NCBI RefSeq assembly: GCF_018977255.1
Contig: NW_024704743.1
Coordinates: forward strand, 27,344,001-27,408,000
Direction of reading: 5' to 3'
From: Callorhinchus milii
Taxonomy: Eukaryota
DNA length: 64,000 nt
The first letter of the stretch is position 1; each line of letters begins with the position of its first letter. Shown piece by piece: positions 1 to 13,527 of this stretch. The notes under the pieces are model-generated. The model saw only the letters and a list, made by a program, of their open reading frames with translations. It was not told where the DNA came from and did no database searches. A program made the translations under genes and the position numbers.

Positions 1-23
1 AACTTTTTTTTGTATAACACAAA

Positions 24-300
24 TAAAACCAAGGTCCTGTCTGCCTGTTCAGGTGAACTTTAAAGATCTCATACTAAGATTTGGAAAGTGAAGGAAATTT
101 CTCATGGTGTCCTGACCAACATTCTCCGCATAAAATTGATCATTCATTTCATGGCTAATTGTGAGACAATGCTGTGTGTAAATTAGCTCTTATATTTACT
201 TACAAATATAGTTGCTACACAGAAAACTCTATGAACCATTTTGAGATGTTTGAATGCGATAAGATACTTCAAATGCAAGGCGTATCGTTATTGTAATATT
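24..300 (+). mobile_element. Deu-domain SINE (SacSINE1/AmnSINE1-like), 5'-truncated, decayed
   Basis: ggtcctgtctgcctgttcaggtgaactttaaagatc motif, followed by the shared 3' body and aaatgcaagg tail; matches the copies at 16.4, 51.2 and 61.7 kb. Confidence 0.75.
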
Positions 301-559
301 ATTATAAATATCTACCTAAATGCACCTGAGTTGAGATCAGACAAGTACAATCAAAACTATGAAATTAAACTACAAAAAAGTTAAATGCTCTGAAACGCTA
401 AGGGTGCTGTAAAAATGCAAGTTGCTGTTGTTGTGTTCAAATGTTTCAAATATTTTTGCAAATAACACACCAGGATAGAGATATGTAATAATTTTAAACT
501 ATTTTAACAATTTCTCAATATGCTACCAGAAATAAATATTGGAAAAGTATTGAAATGCA

Positions 560-980
560 GTTCAGAATAAGCTCAGGATTATATTATACCAAAGAAGCAC
601 ACAGAATATGAGAAGGCATTGTTGGAGAGGCTAGACAGAGACTGAATGCGATACTTGATATCCATCTAATCCTCAATGATTATCAACTGCATGTGAATTG
701 ACAAATATTGGGAAAGGCGATGAAAATCACAAATTATTCAGATCCTAATCAGCTGTTCTTTAAGGCAACAAGCAAAGAGAGATTCAAGCTCAATCTTGAG
801 AGAAGGAAGTGGACTGAACATTTGAGAGAACTCCGTGTCAGGCATCACACAGCATCGATAACAAGAGCAATTGCATAACTCTTCCAATGGACCAAAGCAA
901 TGTCTCAAAGAGCGAAACATCACACCTGTTGAAATACTCTTCACAACAAACCATGTAAGAAAACTGTCTTGCCAGAAGTA
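560..980 (+). mobile_element. Highly decayed LINE ORF2 fragment, probably RTE clade
   Basis: Translates in part to ERRKWTEHLREL...ITRAIA*LFQ...ITPVEILFTTNHVRK, resembling the RTE RWxEHF / PTxxEIxxAIxxLK region; stops and frameshifts present. Confidence 0.4.
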
Positions 981-1234
981 AGCTTAGCAGACAAGCTTGC
1001 CACTTTACATGTTGTTGCCATTTTAAACCAAAACATATCTGAACCCATTCAGTTTTCCAAGGGATTCAACATGAATTAAACAAAATGTAGTCAGAGGGCA
1101 AAACTGATCAGTAAAACCATACAGATACTTCATATAATATTGGGTGTAACCCAAGTGAAACACACTGATGTTTGAGTTAGAAATAATTAATATTTCTATG
1201 AATTTAATAATGCAATACAATTTATATATACATT

Positions 1235-1660
1235 TATCACCTTTTATGTTAGGAGGATATCTCAAAGTCCTTAACAATGCGAGGTGGAAGCTCAAACTGG
1301 TAATGGGAGCCGAGGAAAGTGGGGAGGGAAAGATGACCGAAAGAGCAGTGAAAGAAGTAGGTCTTGGGACATGCCTTGAAAGACGGCAGTGAGGGAGGAA
1401 TTGAGTCAGAGTGACTCAGGGATGGAGTTCCAGAGAGCAGAGGCTGAATGGCTAAAATTCTGCTTACCAATGGTGGGATGGTAGGGGGCATGAAGCAGGC
1501 CAGTGTTCACCGAGAGAAAGGAGCAGCTGGGTCAATAGCATTGAAATAGATTACAGAGGTAGGATGGGGGAGACTGTGAAAAGATTTAAAAGTGAGAACG
1601 AGGATCTTGAACTCGATCTGGTGGGGGGATGGAAAGTTAATGGAGCTGAGCAAGAATGAG
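1235..1660 (-). mobile_element. L2 LINE 3' fragment, decayed
   Basis: Reverse strand shows IEFKILVLTFKSFH-like sequence and ctctggaactcc, as in the longer L2 copies in this window. Confidence 0.65.
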
Positions 1661-2294
1661 TGCGATAAACTTGAAACAACAAGAACAAAATTACATTTGT
1701 ATAGTGCCTTTCACATCGGGAGGACATACCAAGCAAGCCTTGTGCGGGAGAGAAAGAAGGTTGCAGAGCTTTAGATCGTCTACAACTTGAGTAAGGAAAG
1801 AGCTGGGGAGTCTGATGATCATACTGTTGGTGTAGTCAATCCTTAGGCTTGAGGAACTGAATGGTGTCCTTCTATTCCACAATTTCTCTAATTCTCTCCA
1901 AATAGCTGTTTGTGTTAATGCAAAAAAACAGAACTATTTATTAAGATAAATCATGAAATGAGAATGGTAGGCAATAAGAACAATAAGCTGAACGAATACA
2001 AAAGCCTTTTAAGAGTTAACATCAAATTCTTTGTATTTTGAACGATACAATCATTCAATTGAAACCAAAGTAATTAATATTACTTTACAAGTAATTAATA
2101 ATTTTGTTTGGAGATTATTGAGATATGGATGGATGAAGATGTTCTAATATTACATTAAACCCAATGATTCTTGCACCACTGTTGTTTGATTACCCTTAGG
2201 AATCAGGACACATTGAGTAAGTGAAGAGGTTAGGATACATTTTTTCACACAGAGTAGGGAGTGGTGGTTATGTCAGAATCCATATTGGCTGTGG

Positions 2295-2750
2295 TGTACT
2301 CTTGGCCTCCATCCTTGGCCCCTCCTCTTGCTCATCTATATGCTCCATCTTGGTGATGTCATCTGCAGACATGGTTTCAAGATCCTCACACTCGTTTCTA
2401 AAACCACTTCATGCCCTGGCACCTCCCTCCCTTTCTGACCTGCTTACCCATTAACCCACAACCAGCTACCTCCGGTCGACTGGCTCTGATTTTCTGCATG
2501 TCCCTCGTGCCCTCAGTTCCCCCATTGGTGGCCGCACTTTCAGTCACTACATCCGAAACTCTGAAACACTTTTCCTCTATCTCTCCACCTTGCCCCTTCC
2601 TTCCCCATCTTCAGGTCATGCCTGAATACCTTCCTATTCAACCGTGCCTAAGGTCACCTCCCCCTCCTCCTGGTTCAGCATTGTGCTCCGCTACTGTCAA
2701 GCACTCTTGGACACCAGCCTGCATGAGGGGCACTGTATGTTGTTGTTATT
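2295..2750 (+). mobile_element. L2 LINE fragment (RT piece fused to the 3' end)
   Basis: tccatccttggcccctcctc (SILGP) and ttcaagatcctcacactcg (FKILTL), ending in a (gtt)n tail. Confidence 0.75.
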
Positions 2751-2754
2751 GATG

Positions 2755-2915
2755 GCCTTCAGGAGGAAACTGGACAATACCTTAAACTGGAGTCAGTTAC
2801 AAGGGTATGGGGATAGGGCAGGTAAATGAGACTAAAAGGATTGCTCTTGAGAGACCTGCATTGACACGATGAGTCGAATGGCCTTCTTCTGTGTGGTAAT
2901 TTTGTATGGTTCTAT
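2755..2915 (+). mobile_element. CR1 LINE 3' end
   Basis: gacacgatgagtcgaatggccttcttctgtg...tatggttcta, a typical CR1 3' UTR also seen at 17.8 kb. Confidence 0.7.
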
Positions 2916-3067
2916 CTTAGCACAAAGTTTTCCCAGGATATGAAATAGCTGAGTAAGCTCCATAATGAAGTAAACTGTACATTTTTTCTATGGAAGGGGG
3001 AATTTGATAAGTTGACTATCTTTTTCTTAAGCTGTTAAGTGACAATGTGTGGGAAAATGGAAACATG

Positions 3068-3450
3068 ACAACAGCAACAACAACAACTTGCACTTATATA
3101 GCGCCCTCTCAGAGCGCTTAACAGTGGCGGCGCCTGACTCCACGCCGGGGGGAGGTGGGGAGATGGCAGCAGGCACAGTCAAAAAGTAAGGTCTTCAGGC
3201 GGGACTTGATAAAGGGGAGAGAGGGGGCAAGGCAGAGGGATTGAGGGAGAGTGTTTCAGAGATTTAGGGCGTAGTGGCTGAAAGCACGACCTCTAATGGT
3301 GGGGCGGAGGGACGAGCAGGAGGCCAGTTCCAGTCGATCGGAGGCGCCGGGTGGTGGATTGGGTAGTGAGGAGGTCAGAAAGATAGGGACATGCCAGAGA
3401 GTGAAGGGATTTGAACATGAGTGTGAGGATCTTGAAGTCGTGACAACGAG
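3068..3450 (-). mobile_element. L2 LINE 3' end
   Basis: (caa)n cttgcacttatatagcgccc tail on the reverse strand; the body matches L2 3' ends at 15.6-15.98 kb. Confidence 0.8.
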
Positions 3451-6400
3451 ACGTGTGATACAAATCATCAAATCTGGAGCAACAGTGTAATAGATGCTAC
3501 TCTACGCATTTGAATAGCACACATATATAAACCTGATCACAATTACATTCTATGACAACCTACACTCCCTGACAGCCAATCGTCAGCCATTACATGACAA
3601 CTGCCTGATAATCCATGGCATAAAATAGGAATTGACTTTTGATGGAGCTTTCCATCCAATGAATTATCTGTTGATTGTTATCGGATGTTTTCATGCAATA
3701 TTTTGTTGCTGAGATTGTGAATGGGTCTCAGCAAGCACAGTCAGCGCACAGATGAACAAAATGTTCTGCTCTTTCAATTCATGTTCAGACATAAGAATGG
3801 TTAAAGGACCAGTTCTGTGTAGCAATGAATGTAAACCATTCGCTGAAAATCTTGGTTTTGTGATCTATCTTTATGAATAGTTCTGTTGTTATCAATTGAC
3901 GCAAAACAGTAACAGAAGAGAATCAGAGAAATTGTGGGACAGGACACCATTATCAGTCGGTCAAGTCCAAGGCATTGCTACACTGGAGTTAATTACCATA
4001 ATCTCAATTATCTTTTCTCATATCCTTTTCCTATTCTCTTTTACATGGTGTGCTTTTAGCTTCAAAGCTACTTGTGTCAAAGAGTAAAAACTTAACTATA
4101 TGTGATAGGTTTTGCAACTTTTGATCAATAGTATTATAACTCACTTGAAAGCATTTATTTTGGAAACAGAGTACCTGTTTGTTGATGACATACTTTCACA
4201 ACGATTCAGTCACTTTTAAATTTTCAGATAAGGGTTTGATAATTTTATTTGAGTACTTATTTAAAAACACTGAATGGATTAGCTATCAGCTTTTCTGCCA
4301 AGGTGCACACAAAGTTTTCCAGCTGCAATACACTTGTTGTATGTTTGCTTATAAGCACTAAACTTTCCTCAGCAGCTTTTGAGACTTACACTATGAAGAA
4401 ATCTTACCTATGAAGAAACCCCCCCCCCTGAATTCCAATCCACGGAATGAATGACAAGACATAACGCAAAATAATTTAGATGCTGATGGATTCAAGTGAT
4501 ATGTTAACAAAATAATAAAAGTATGATTTGTTGGAGGAAAATATGTATTTGGAAACAAAAAGAAAATTTAAAGCTGAAATGCCAATAAATAATTTGGGAA
4601 CATGCAAATTGTTTTTTTTATTGGTCAGTCAGATGTCTGACACATGGGGAAAAACATCACCATGCTAAACCAAATCCCTAATAATCACATCTTTTATGTA
4701 GAAGAACTCAATTGTTAGAACATTTTATTTTTGCTACACCAATGAAAATACATTTGTCATGTTTTTATGCTTTGCCACAAATGATATTAAAGTTAAGACT
4801 CTTTTTGAAGGTCATGGCAATGCACTTTCCTTTACCTTCGCAACAGTGAATTTGGTGTTTTGTATCTATTTGATGTAATGGTTTTGTTTGGGGTTTTCAA
4901 TCACATGAACATGTATCATCACTCCACTCAGCAGTGAAAGTGCTGCTGCTGGAAAAGCAAGGAACAGAAGCAGAATGAATACTAACATTATGTACAGTTG
5001 ATGTATATTCAATGAACTGAAGTATGATCAAATAACAGATGAAAATCCAATAAACTATGAAGGCCAAAACCATTTAACAGACAAAAACCTAATTGTTAAT
5101 GGAATTGATTATTTTCTGATTTAAATGGTTTAGTGCATGTTTCAATTTTAGACAACACATGTTACAAACGCTGAATATGTCTGATATGATGCATTGTAAT
5201 TTACCTGATTATTATTAAATCAGTTAAAATGTGGGTTAGCACAATAACACATGGAATATGCCTGCAAATTCAGCTCCTCTGAAAATGAAAAACTCCTCTC
5301 TCTATGTAAACTGTAAGGGTCGTAATTGAAATGAATTTGGCAATCTCGACCCAACATATTCACTATTTTTATCTACCAGCAAGCAGGACAGCTGGGTGGT
5401 ATAATAGAGGAGCTCCACTTGACAAACACGGCCTGCTGTAAACCTGATTGTCAACGTACAGTAGGTTGACTGAGTATAGATTCAACTTCCTGCAGTGCCT
5501 AAAATATCATCATCCTATCTTGACATGAGACTCTTTATGAACCCACTTTTCAGTTGTGCCTCCGGACTTCAAGTCTTCATTGCAAACTATTTCTGATGGG
5601 CATATTATTTAGGCACCACAACTCTGTCCTGTCTTCGAAATACATATCTCTCTCCCTTCTTTCAAAATATCTGCTGAAGACTTGTAATTTTGACTGTGCC
5701 TTTGGTCCCCTCTAAACTTTTCCCAAAGCAACAACAACAGCTTGGATTAATATAGTGTCCTTCTCGCAGGATAACTTCTCAAATTGCTGAATAGTGCCGT
5801 GCAAGGGAGAAAGGGAGATGCAATCACCCATAGGCACTAAAAGCTCAATGACCACTGCTCCCTTTGGTAAGCTCTTTGAGTCATTATTTCATGTAAATGG
5901 TGCTACATTATGTAAATACATAAAATATTTGTTTTGAAGAGACAGAAACTAACATATCCAAAGAACGTGATAAACATGAAACAGAATCATTTAGAACTAA
6001 ATCAGTATTGGGTTGTAATATTCCCAAATTTGTCTGAGGTTACTAACTGTAACTTGCAATTTGCAAATATTATATTTTGTGATTCACAAAGGAATTCTCC
6101 TTAAAATGAATAGATAACAAGTCATGGAACCATAGAAATTCACAGCACAGAAGGAGACTATGTGGTCAATTGTGCTGTGCTGGTCTAATAAAAGAGCTAT
6201 TGGTTTAGTCATATTCTCTGGTGTTTTCCCCCCTTGCGCTTTCATATTTCTTTTAAATATATTTGTATTTCTATAAAACAAAGAGCAAATCCCAAGCCAG
6301 CAAAATCTGAAAATTTAACTTCAACTGGGGATCATAAACAAAACATGGTAATGTGAATATCGTCAAACCCACAAATCAACTTGGGGTGCTTGGGCGATAC

Positions 6401-8329
6401 TAGGCTTAATATTCAAAGTAACTTTGAGCGTAGGTAGAAGGAAAGACTGAGGGAGTTCTACAGATTTGAGTACCTGCAAGGAATGTGTTTCTGTGGATGA
6501 TTTCAAAACAGACATCATGCTGTGAGGAAGAACATCAACAACAATTTGTATAGCGCCCTTCATGTCAGGAGGAAGTACCAAGGTGCTGATCGTGGACTTG
6601 CAAGTTTGGGAGGAACAAGGGATGGAGGGTTCAGAAGGTAAATGACTGCTGATATAACAGAAGTGAAAGATTGATCCTTTTATCAGACCAGCTAATCTTT
6701 TTCTTGTACCCTACGCTGGAGTATGAGGAAGGTGCTAAAAGTAATACAACAACAACTTGGATTTATATAATGCCCTTCAGCATCTCGGAGCTCCAAAAGC
6801 ATACGACCGGATTCCCAGATGGTGTAAGCAGGATCAAGGCTTATGTTTGTTTTATACTGCATTAAAAAAGAACAGTTCATAATGCTGTACAATAGGGTTT
6901 GACAATTGGAGAGTGAATTGAGCTGCAGCTTGCCCTTCCAGAGCATCATGAGGAAGTGTTTTTGAGCAGCACATTGATTCATATCTCTCACAATCTAAAT
7001 GCAGGTATTGAATTTTTGGGGGCACAACTTTAAAAGCACTTTTTTAAAAATATTTTTAAAGAACTAGTCACAGGACTGGATCTGCAGTAACATTAAAAAA
7101 ACACATATGTTATCAGAGTGTTTGTAATAACTGCCATTACACTTATGCAGATCTTGCCTCATCTCCAGCCATTGTGATTAGGAACAAGACATGATATTCC
7201 TGCTCCAAACCACTTTATTGCTTCTCTTCCAACATTATAAACTGAGCTTTCAAACGACTCAGGCTTTACAAAGAATTAAGTGCTGTTATGGGGAAAATAA
7301 ATTCACACTAAATAGGTAACCATGTTTCTTGGAGGCAGTCTCATCAATTGACAAGATGTGATACATAATAATAAAGGTAATAATTTTTAATACTGCATTC
7401 TCCACTAATGAACTCTCAATCGTTTTATACAGAGCACAGAATTCAAGGAAACCTCAGGCCAACTGATGCACACTTCTGTGATGGTTACTTTCCACTGTTC
7501 ATTGCTTGGCTCAAAGTTATGGGAGCTCATTTTGTAAAATGATACTCAAATAAGAATCCCCTCCCCTGCAGCCATAATAAAGTCCACAGCAATCACATTC
7601 AAGTCCACTCTGCAATACCATTGTAAAAGAAATATTATTTTTGCTATAGGTTAACCAATGACATCAGATTATTATGCTCTTGTTGAGCTTGAGGCAACCA
7701 ATACCTCTAGCTCCAATATCCTTGAAGTATCCACACATACTGCTCCCACACTGCACAGGACTGACCTGCACTATACAGCAATCTTTGTTTCAATCCCATA
7801 AAATGTACCCATCAGTGGACCATGTGGTTCACAAATGATTATCCAAAACTTGAAAGTTATTTACAAAAAGGACATAAGCTAATAGAAGCCTAAAGTGACT
7901 TAATTTATGTGGGATAATATGAATGTCAAATCCCCAAAGGTCCAAATCGCTGACTGTCTAGCACATTGGGATATCCACCCGCCATAAACGTTGCTATACA
8001 AATGTGTTGTTTGTAGTTTGTTTTTATTGTTGTTGCCAGACTTCTGTAGCTTCTATTACACCATATGGATTGGCAGTGAATTGTAATTAAAGCCTGGTTA
8101 ATATTGCTAGAAGGGAGTTGCTATCAATTCCAGCAATTGAATATTTAGGTGTAGGAAGCCAAAATGATGTTTACTCATTTCTAGGCTCAGTGATACTTCA
8201 CAATCAACTACTAGGCTCATACATAAATGCTGATCAACATAAACCACTGCCAAAAAGTTGTTTAATTTTAGGGATGAGCAATGATCAGCAAAGATTCAAC
8301 ATCTTTGAAAAGAAAGATGTTCAATGGGA

Positions 8330-8600
8330 CTGAAAAAGTAAAGCTATATCAATATTTTCAGATTCACCTGGGAAACAAGACAAGAAGGCACAGATTCAAT
8401 GTTGTGAAGAGTAAGTTTAAGACAGGCACCGGGAAGTATTTCTTCGCACAGAGGGTAATTAACAGCTGCATCTGGTTATAAGGAAGGCTGTCAGAGGTCA
8501 GGATGCTGGAGTTATTTAAGATGCAGCTTGATGATATAATGGGAAGCTAGTAGAGTGGATAGTTTGGAAGAATGCGAACAAATGGATTGAATAGTTTTCT
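8330..8600 (+). mobile_element. CR1 LINE ORF2 C-terminal fragment
   Basis: KTRRHRFNVVKSKFKTGTGKYFFAQRVIN resembles the CR1 TRGH...FFTQRVVNxWN motif. Confidence 0.75.
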
Positions 8601-8609
8601 AACACAACA

Positions 8610-9040
8610 ACATTTATACAGCACCTTTCACGTCAGGAGGATGTCCCAATATTAATTATTAATTAATCAATTAATAACTTACAATTGAATGATTGCATGA
8701 AGTAATCCTTGCATTCACTATATAACCTATAACATCTGAAAATGCTTTACCGCATTTGCTGTTATGTTCAACGACTGTGCCTTTGTAGGCAAACACAGCA
8801 TACAATGTTCACACAGTAATGTCCCACAACAACCACAAAGTGAACAACCTATTGAAGAAAGTTGAAAAATTGTTGGCCAGGACATATCCAATTGAATAGG
8901 CAAATGGGACCTCAGATTGCCATCTCACCCAAAGCATGACACTTCTGACAAAGCAGGAGTCTCAAGGTTTCAACATGAGACTTAAACCCACAGCCGTCTG
9001 ACCCAGAGATAAGAGTGCTGTCAACTGAGCCAAACTAAGC
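8610..9040 (-). mobile_element. Deu-domain SINE, decayed
   Basis: Reverse-strand tRNA-like head ttggctcagttgacagcactc...gggtttaag and the shared 3' body. Confidence 0.6.
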
Positions 9041-10347
9041 TGATTCTGTGATTCAATTCTCCCTCGTAAATGTTATTCAATATTGCCTTTTTGCCAACAT
9101 TAAAGCCGCAATATTTGGGTGGTGGTTAAAAGCACCAAGTAAAGGATTACGTTGAATCTCACTTTTTAATGTTAAAAGGTTATTATCACATACTATATAT
9201 TTCCCACCAGAAAGTTATTCACTCATCAGCCAACATTCTCAAGAAGTTTGAAGCTCCTATCAGACAAAACAAAGTCTTGATCCTTGAAATGCCTTCTCAT
9301 TAGTGTGAGATGCAGGGGGATGAGAAATATTTTATTGAATTATTCAATTCTGGATTAAGTAATAACAGAGGGGACATTGCTTCTTACTGTGAAGTCTTTT
9401 ATCTTAATCTGATTAACATAGAATTACTAATAATATGTATATTTCTTATTTAAGATGTTTACATAGCACATTAATATATAATGTTAATTTAACCAAGGAA
9501 TTATTAATATTTAATTGAAACTAAAATTAAAATCTGAAATTAAAGTCCTCTGTAAAGTTTAATGTTGAAGTGGATAAACATGGCAAGCTGTTTTTGTCTC
9601 ATAAACTATAAAAACCAATAGCAAAACAGTGAAGGAAAAACAAACTAAACCAACAAATTTTACTTATAAAACACCATCTTAATGTAGAATTGTGTCTCAA
9701 ATGTTTACAGAGGCAGGGTAGAGAATCCAAGCAGGGTATGAATAGCACTGTTATTTTAAAATTGACATAGTTACATAAGAAAAATATAATATTACAGTCC
9801 ATCTAAACTGTCCCCAAGTAAAACATCATTGCTATTGAATTATTTCATGACAAATCTCTCTACTACCTAACTCTATTCCACTATTTCTGAAAACTAGTTG
9901 AGTTTGACTGCCTGGGCAAATTCCCTTTGCTGAATTTAAGTTTACATTCATTTGTATAGTTTTAACTAATCCACCAAATAAAATTAATCATGCATTCCAT
10001 GGCTGATTGTGGGACATTGCTGTACTCAAATAGGCTGCCATGTTCACCTAAAAATATACAGTCCCTCCACTTCACTGTGAATTTTGGGAACCATTTGGAG
10101 ACGACCTCCTGTTGTGAAAGGCACTAAAACAAATGCAAGAATTATTATGATTATGTTATTACAGTTTAAATCACTCCATCAAGATAGTTTCTAAGTGGTT
10201 TTCAGTGATGAGTCAGCCAAACCAACTGCCACGTTACATATGAATGGATATCACTTTTCTTATTATAATTATTAGTATTATCCTTTCTGGTATTTACCCA
10301 ATATCATGGATTTACAATTATAGAATGGTTAGTTACACCCTGTCCAA

Positions 10348-10663
10348 TGGAGTCCTGTAGCTCAGTGGTTAGAGCACTCACTTTGCAAGTGAGAGACCTG
10401 AGTTCAATTCCAGGCAGGTCAGGGCGAAACCTTGGGCAAGTTTCCTTACTCCACACGCCTAATAATAATCCCTCCAAAACAAAACAATAATAAATTGGTC
10501 ATTTTCAATCTACGACTGTTTGTGGGACATTGCTGTGCGCAATTGGCTGCCGCGTTCGCCCACAAATATACAGTCAATTCACTTTACAGTGTGTTCTGTG
10601 AAGCGCTTTGGAACATCCTCCCAACGTGAAAAGTGCTATATCAAATGCAAGGATTATTATTAT
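10348..10663 (+). mobile_element. tRNA-derived SINE with CORE-like segment, short (young) subfamily, full length
   Basis: Pol III A box TAGCTCAGTGG, B box GTTCAATTC, ccttgggcaagtttccttactcc and an (att)n tail; nearly identical to 44244-44565 and 56824-57151. Confidence 0.9.
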
Positions 10664-10813
10664 AACTTGTTTGGTCGTGCATTATAAAACTGTCCCTTTA
10701 ATTTAAGCATAGTTAAAGAATTGAACACTGCAAGATACATTCAAATAAAAGCAATTGATTTATATAGTGCAAATAGTCTATGTGTTTAATGTGGATTACC
10801 ATGTTTTGTGGAG

Positions 10814-11192
10814 TGGAGTCCTGTAGGTTAGAGCACACGCCTAATAGAACTCGCAAGCAAGTTCGATTCGCCGGCAGGGAGAAACATTAGGCAAGTTTCC
10901 TTACTCCTCACGCCTCTGTTTGCCTAGCAGTAAGTAAGAACTCGGTTGTTAGTCGATTAGCAAATCGCTTTTCCGGGAGTAATAACCCTCCAAAAAAAAA
11001 TCATTTTTTAAAAATAATAATAATTTGGTCACCCAAACCACACTGTTTATGGGATACTGTTGTGTGCAATTGGCTGCTGCGTTTTGCCCACAAAATATAG
11101 TCAATTTACATTACAGTATGTCCTGTGAACCACTTTGAGACATCTGGAATGCCTGATAAGATGCTACATCAAATACAAGGATTATAATTATT
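10814..11192 (+). mobile_element. tRNA-derived CORE-like SINE, long (older) subfamily
   Basis: Same head and tail plus an extra central segment cctctgtttgcctagcagtaagtaagaactcggttgttagtcg. Confidence 0.85.
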
Positions 11193-13254
11193 TTTCCCTC
11201 TTTGTGAGTTGTAAATGTTTTGCCGGTTGTGTACATGTGTACATACAATGTGCTGTCCTGCATAAATGAACATGCATCACCTTTGTGGACATGCAGGAGA
11301 TACAGTGGGGTCTAAAGTGTGGAAGCCTCAACAAGATTTGCGAAGAATTCATAAACTATTCATAATCTATTGAAACCTGACATAACCAGGTCTCTGTCCC
11401 ACCATCCAATGGAAACTCAGCCCTGAAATGCCTAGGAAAAGAGATGTGAGTTGGCTGACACACATCCAGTTGTTGTCAGGGTTCAAAATTTACAAATCCT
11501 ATGCGAGTCCTGTGATTTAGATCCCTGTGTCTGCGTCCAGCACTGATAGATCTAAATCAGTATCCAGGAAGGAGAGAGAAGTCTTGTGTTATAGTCGGTG
11601 TTATAGCCAATACTTTCAGGGGTCAAAACTGTTTACATAGTTCTGCTGCTAATGTGCAAATTAGATGTGTTTAACAGTGGGGAGCAAACAGAAGTGGGAC
11701 TAATTCTCCCACCACCACCTCGCACCAGGGATTGTAGTAATGCTCCAACTGCTGCAGCACTTGAGAAACACCGTCTCTGGTCTAATTTTTTACAATATGA
11801 ACAATATCAAACCCAATGTTTTCTTAAGTAAAAACAATCATTTAGAATAAAACAAGGAGTTTACAATGCTAAATTTACATAATGAGCATTCTAGCATACC
11901 TACAGTCATTTACATTTTAATTATCTCTGGTCTCGGTTACTGTTGGTCAATGTTTGCTTTTCTGCTCACAATTTCACCCTTCTCTTGTTTCTCATTACTG
12001 GTGCTTCCTTTTGCTTCATCTCAGGGTCTCAACATTGGGTATTCTAGCTGCTTCAGATATGGTATTATTCACATGTCAAAACTGCGGCAGTCAAGCTTAT
12101 GGCTGTTATTCAACATGATTTTGTTTTGCCTAAGATCAGCATCCAAAGGAACTTTAATTCTTGCCATTCAACAAAAACTCATAATAAACCCTGTGAACCA
12201 CATGGCTTCAAAGTTTAGAAATCTGCAAAACAGGTGACTCTGCTATGTGCATTCAGCTACAGAAATGTGTTGCACACCATTCCATTTTTAATTTTCTGTT
12301 TATTACTCCCTGATTATTTTTTTTCATTTCTGTGCTTCTCTTTCCATTTTAATTTTTAAAATAATGACCATCAACAAGAAATGCAAAATAATAAAATAAT
12401 AATGCCACTTTTTTCACCCAATAATAACAAGAGGCACATTTTCAGAGCAGAGGTTAAAATATTCCTGGGTTTTATAACAATGCCCAACTCCCTCCTGGTG
12501 GAAGAGTAAGTGAAACACACAAGATAATCCATATCAGGAGATTGGAAGGGGAAACAATAACAATTTCACATTTATACTTGGAAAGCCAAAGAGCATCTTT
12601 CCTCAATCTACTGTTAAGCATAATGTGACGAATTAAAAATTAACAAATGCAAATTCATCCCATAGCGTTGCCTTCACTACTATCAATGATGGTGTAAAAA
12701 GCTGTCCACATATAATGGCCTAGGCCCAGGTTTGTTAAGTTTTAACAAAAACAAAGAGGGGGAGGTTAAAAATATAGTGTTTACAACCATGGGTTGGTAG
12801 AATATGGAATGGCATTTTACAGACCGAGTACACAGCAGCATTTAAAATAAATTACAATAGAATATTGTAAAGAAAGCGTGATGGAAACACATTCAATAAC
12901 AACTTTCAAAAGGGAATTTTATAGGTATTTAAGAGGAATAATTTGCAAAGCACTGGCTCTGCAAGGGGAGTGTACATCCAAGCAGTTTGATGCTGTCAGC
13001 GCATAAAGGAAAAAATAATATTGAAGATGACATTAAAAGAGTGATGGGAATGAGATCAAAATAGACAGCTCCACCATAGGTATATGAATAGCTAATAGAG
13101 ACACAATGGGGTGAATGGCTTCCTTTTGTATTGTAAATTTTTTATGATTAATGCGTATAAAATCCAAACTAAACGTCTTTCCCTCATTCCTATTTCTCAG
13201 TCGGTAAACTTCATTGCTTGGTAGTTTGACATTTGGGTTCAATATTTGGGCAAA

Positions 13255-13527
13255 AATAACAATAACAATAACAATAATAATAATAATTTGGTCACTCAAT
13301 CCACAACTGTTTGTGGGTCACTGCTCTGGACAACTGGCTGCTGTGTTTCACCCACAAAATATATAGTCATTCCATTTTACAGTATATGGCGGGGCAGGCT
13401 TGAGGGGCCAAATGGCCTACTCCTGCTCTTATATCTTATGCTATGTTCTATATTCTGTAAAGTACTTTAAAACGTCTCAAAGACACGATAAAGTGCTATA
13501 TCAAATGCAAGGATTATTATTATTATT
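13255..13527 (+). mobile_element. SINE 3' half interrupted by a ~60 bp CR1 3' tail (about 13388-13448)
   Basis: SINE body split at cagtatat|...|tatattctg by ggcggggcaggcttgaggggccaaatggcctactcctgctc. Confidence 0.8.

Noticed and set aside
10348..10425. tRNA-Ala(TGC)-like sequence (also at 44244 and 57151)
   Set aside because: No proper acceptor stem and it runs directly into the SINE body, so it is a SINE head and not a tRNA gene
11303..11773. Possible MER5-like hAT element
   Set aside because: Putative TIRs match poorly and there is no 8-bp TSD
11866..12237. 123-aa hydrophobic ORF / plus-strand exon candidate 12025-12233
   Set aside because: Hydrophobicity comes from a pyrimidine tract; no recognisable homology; weak donor
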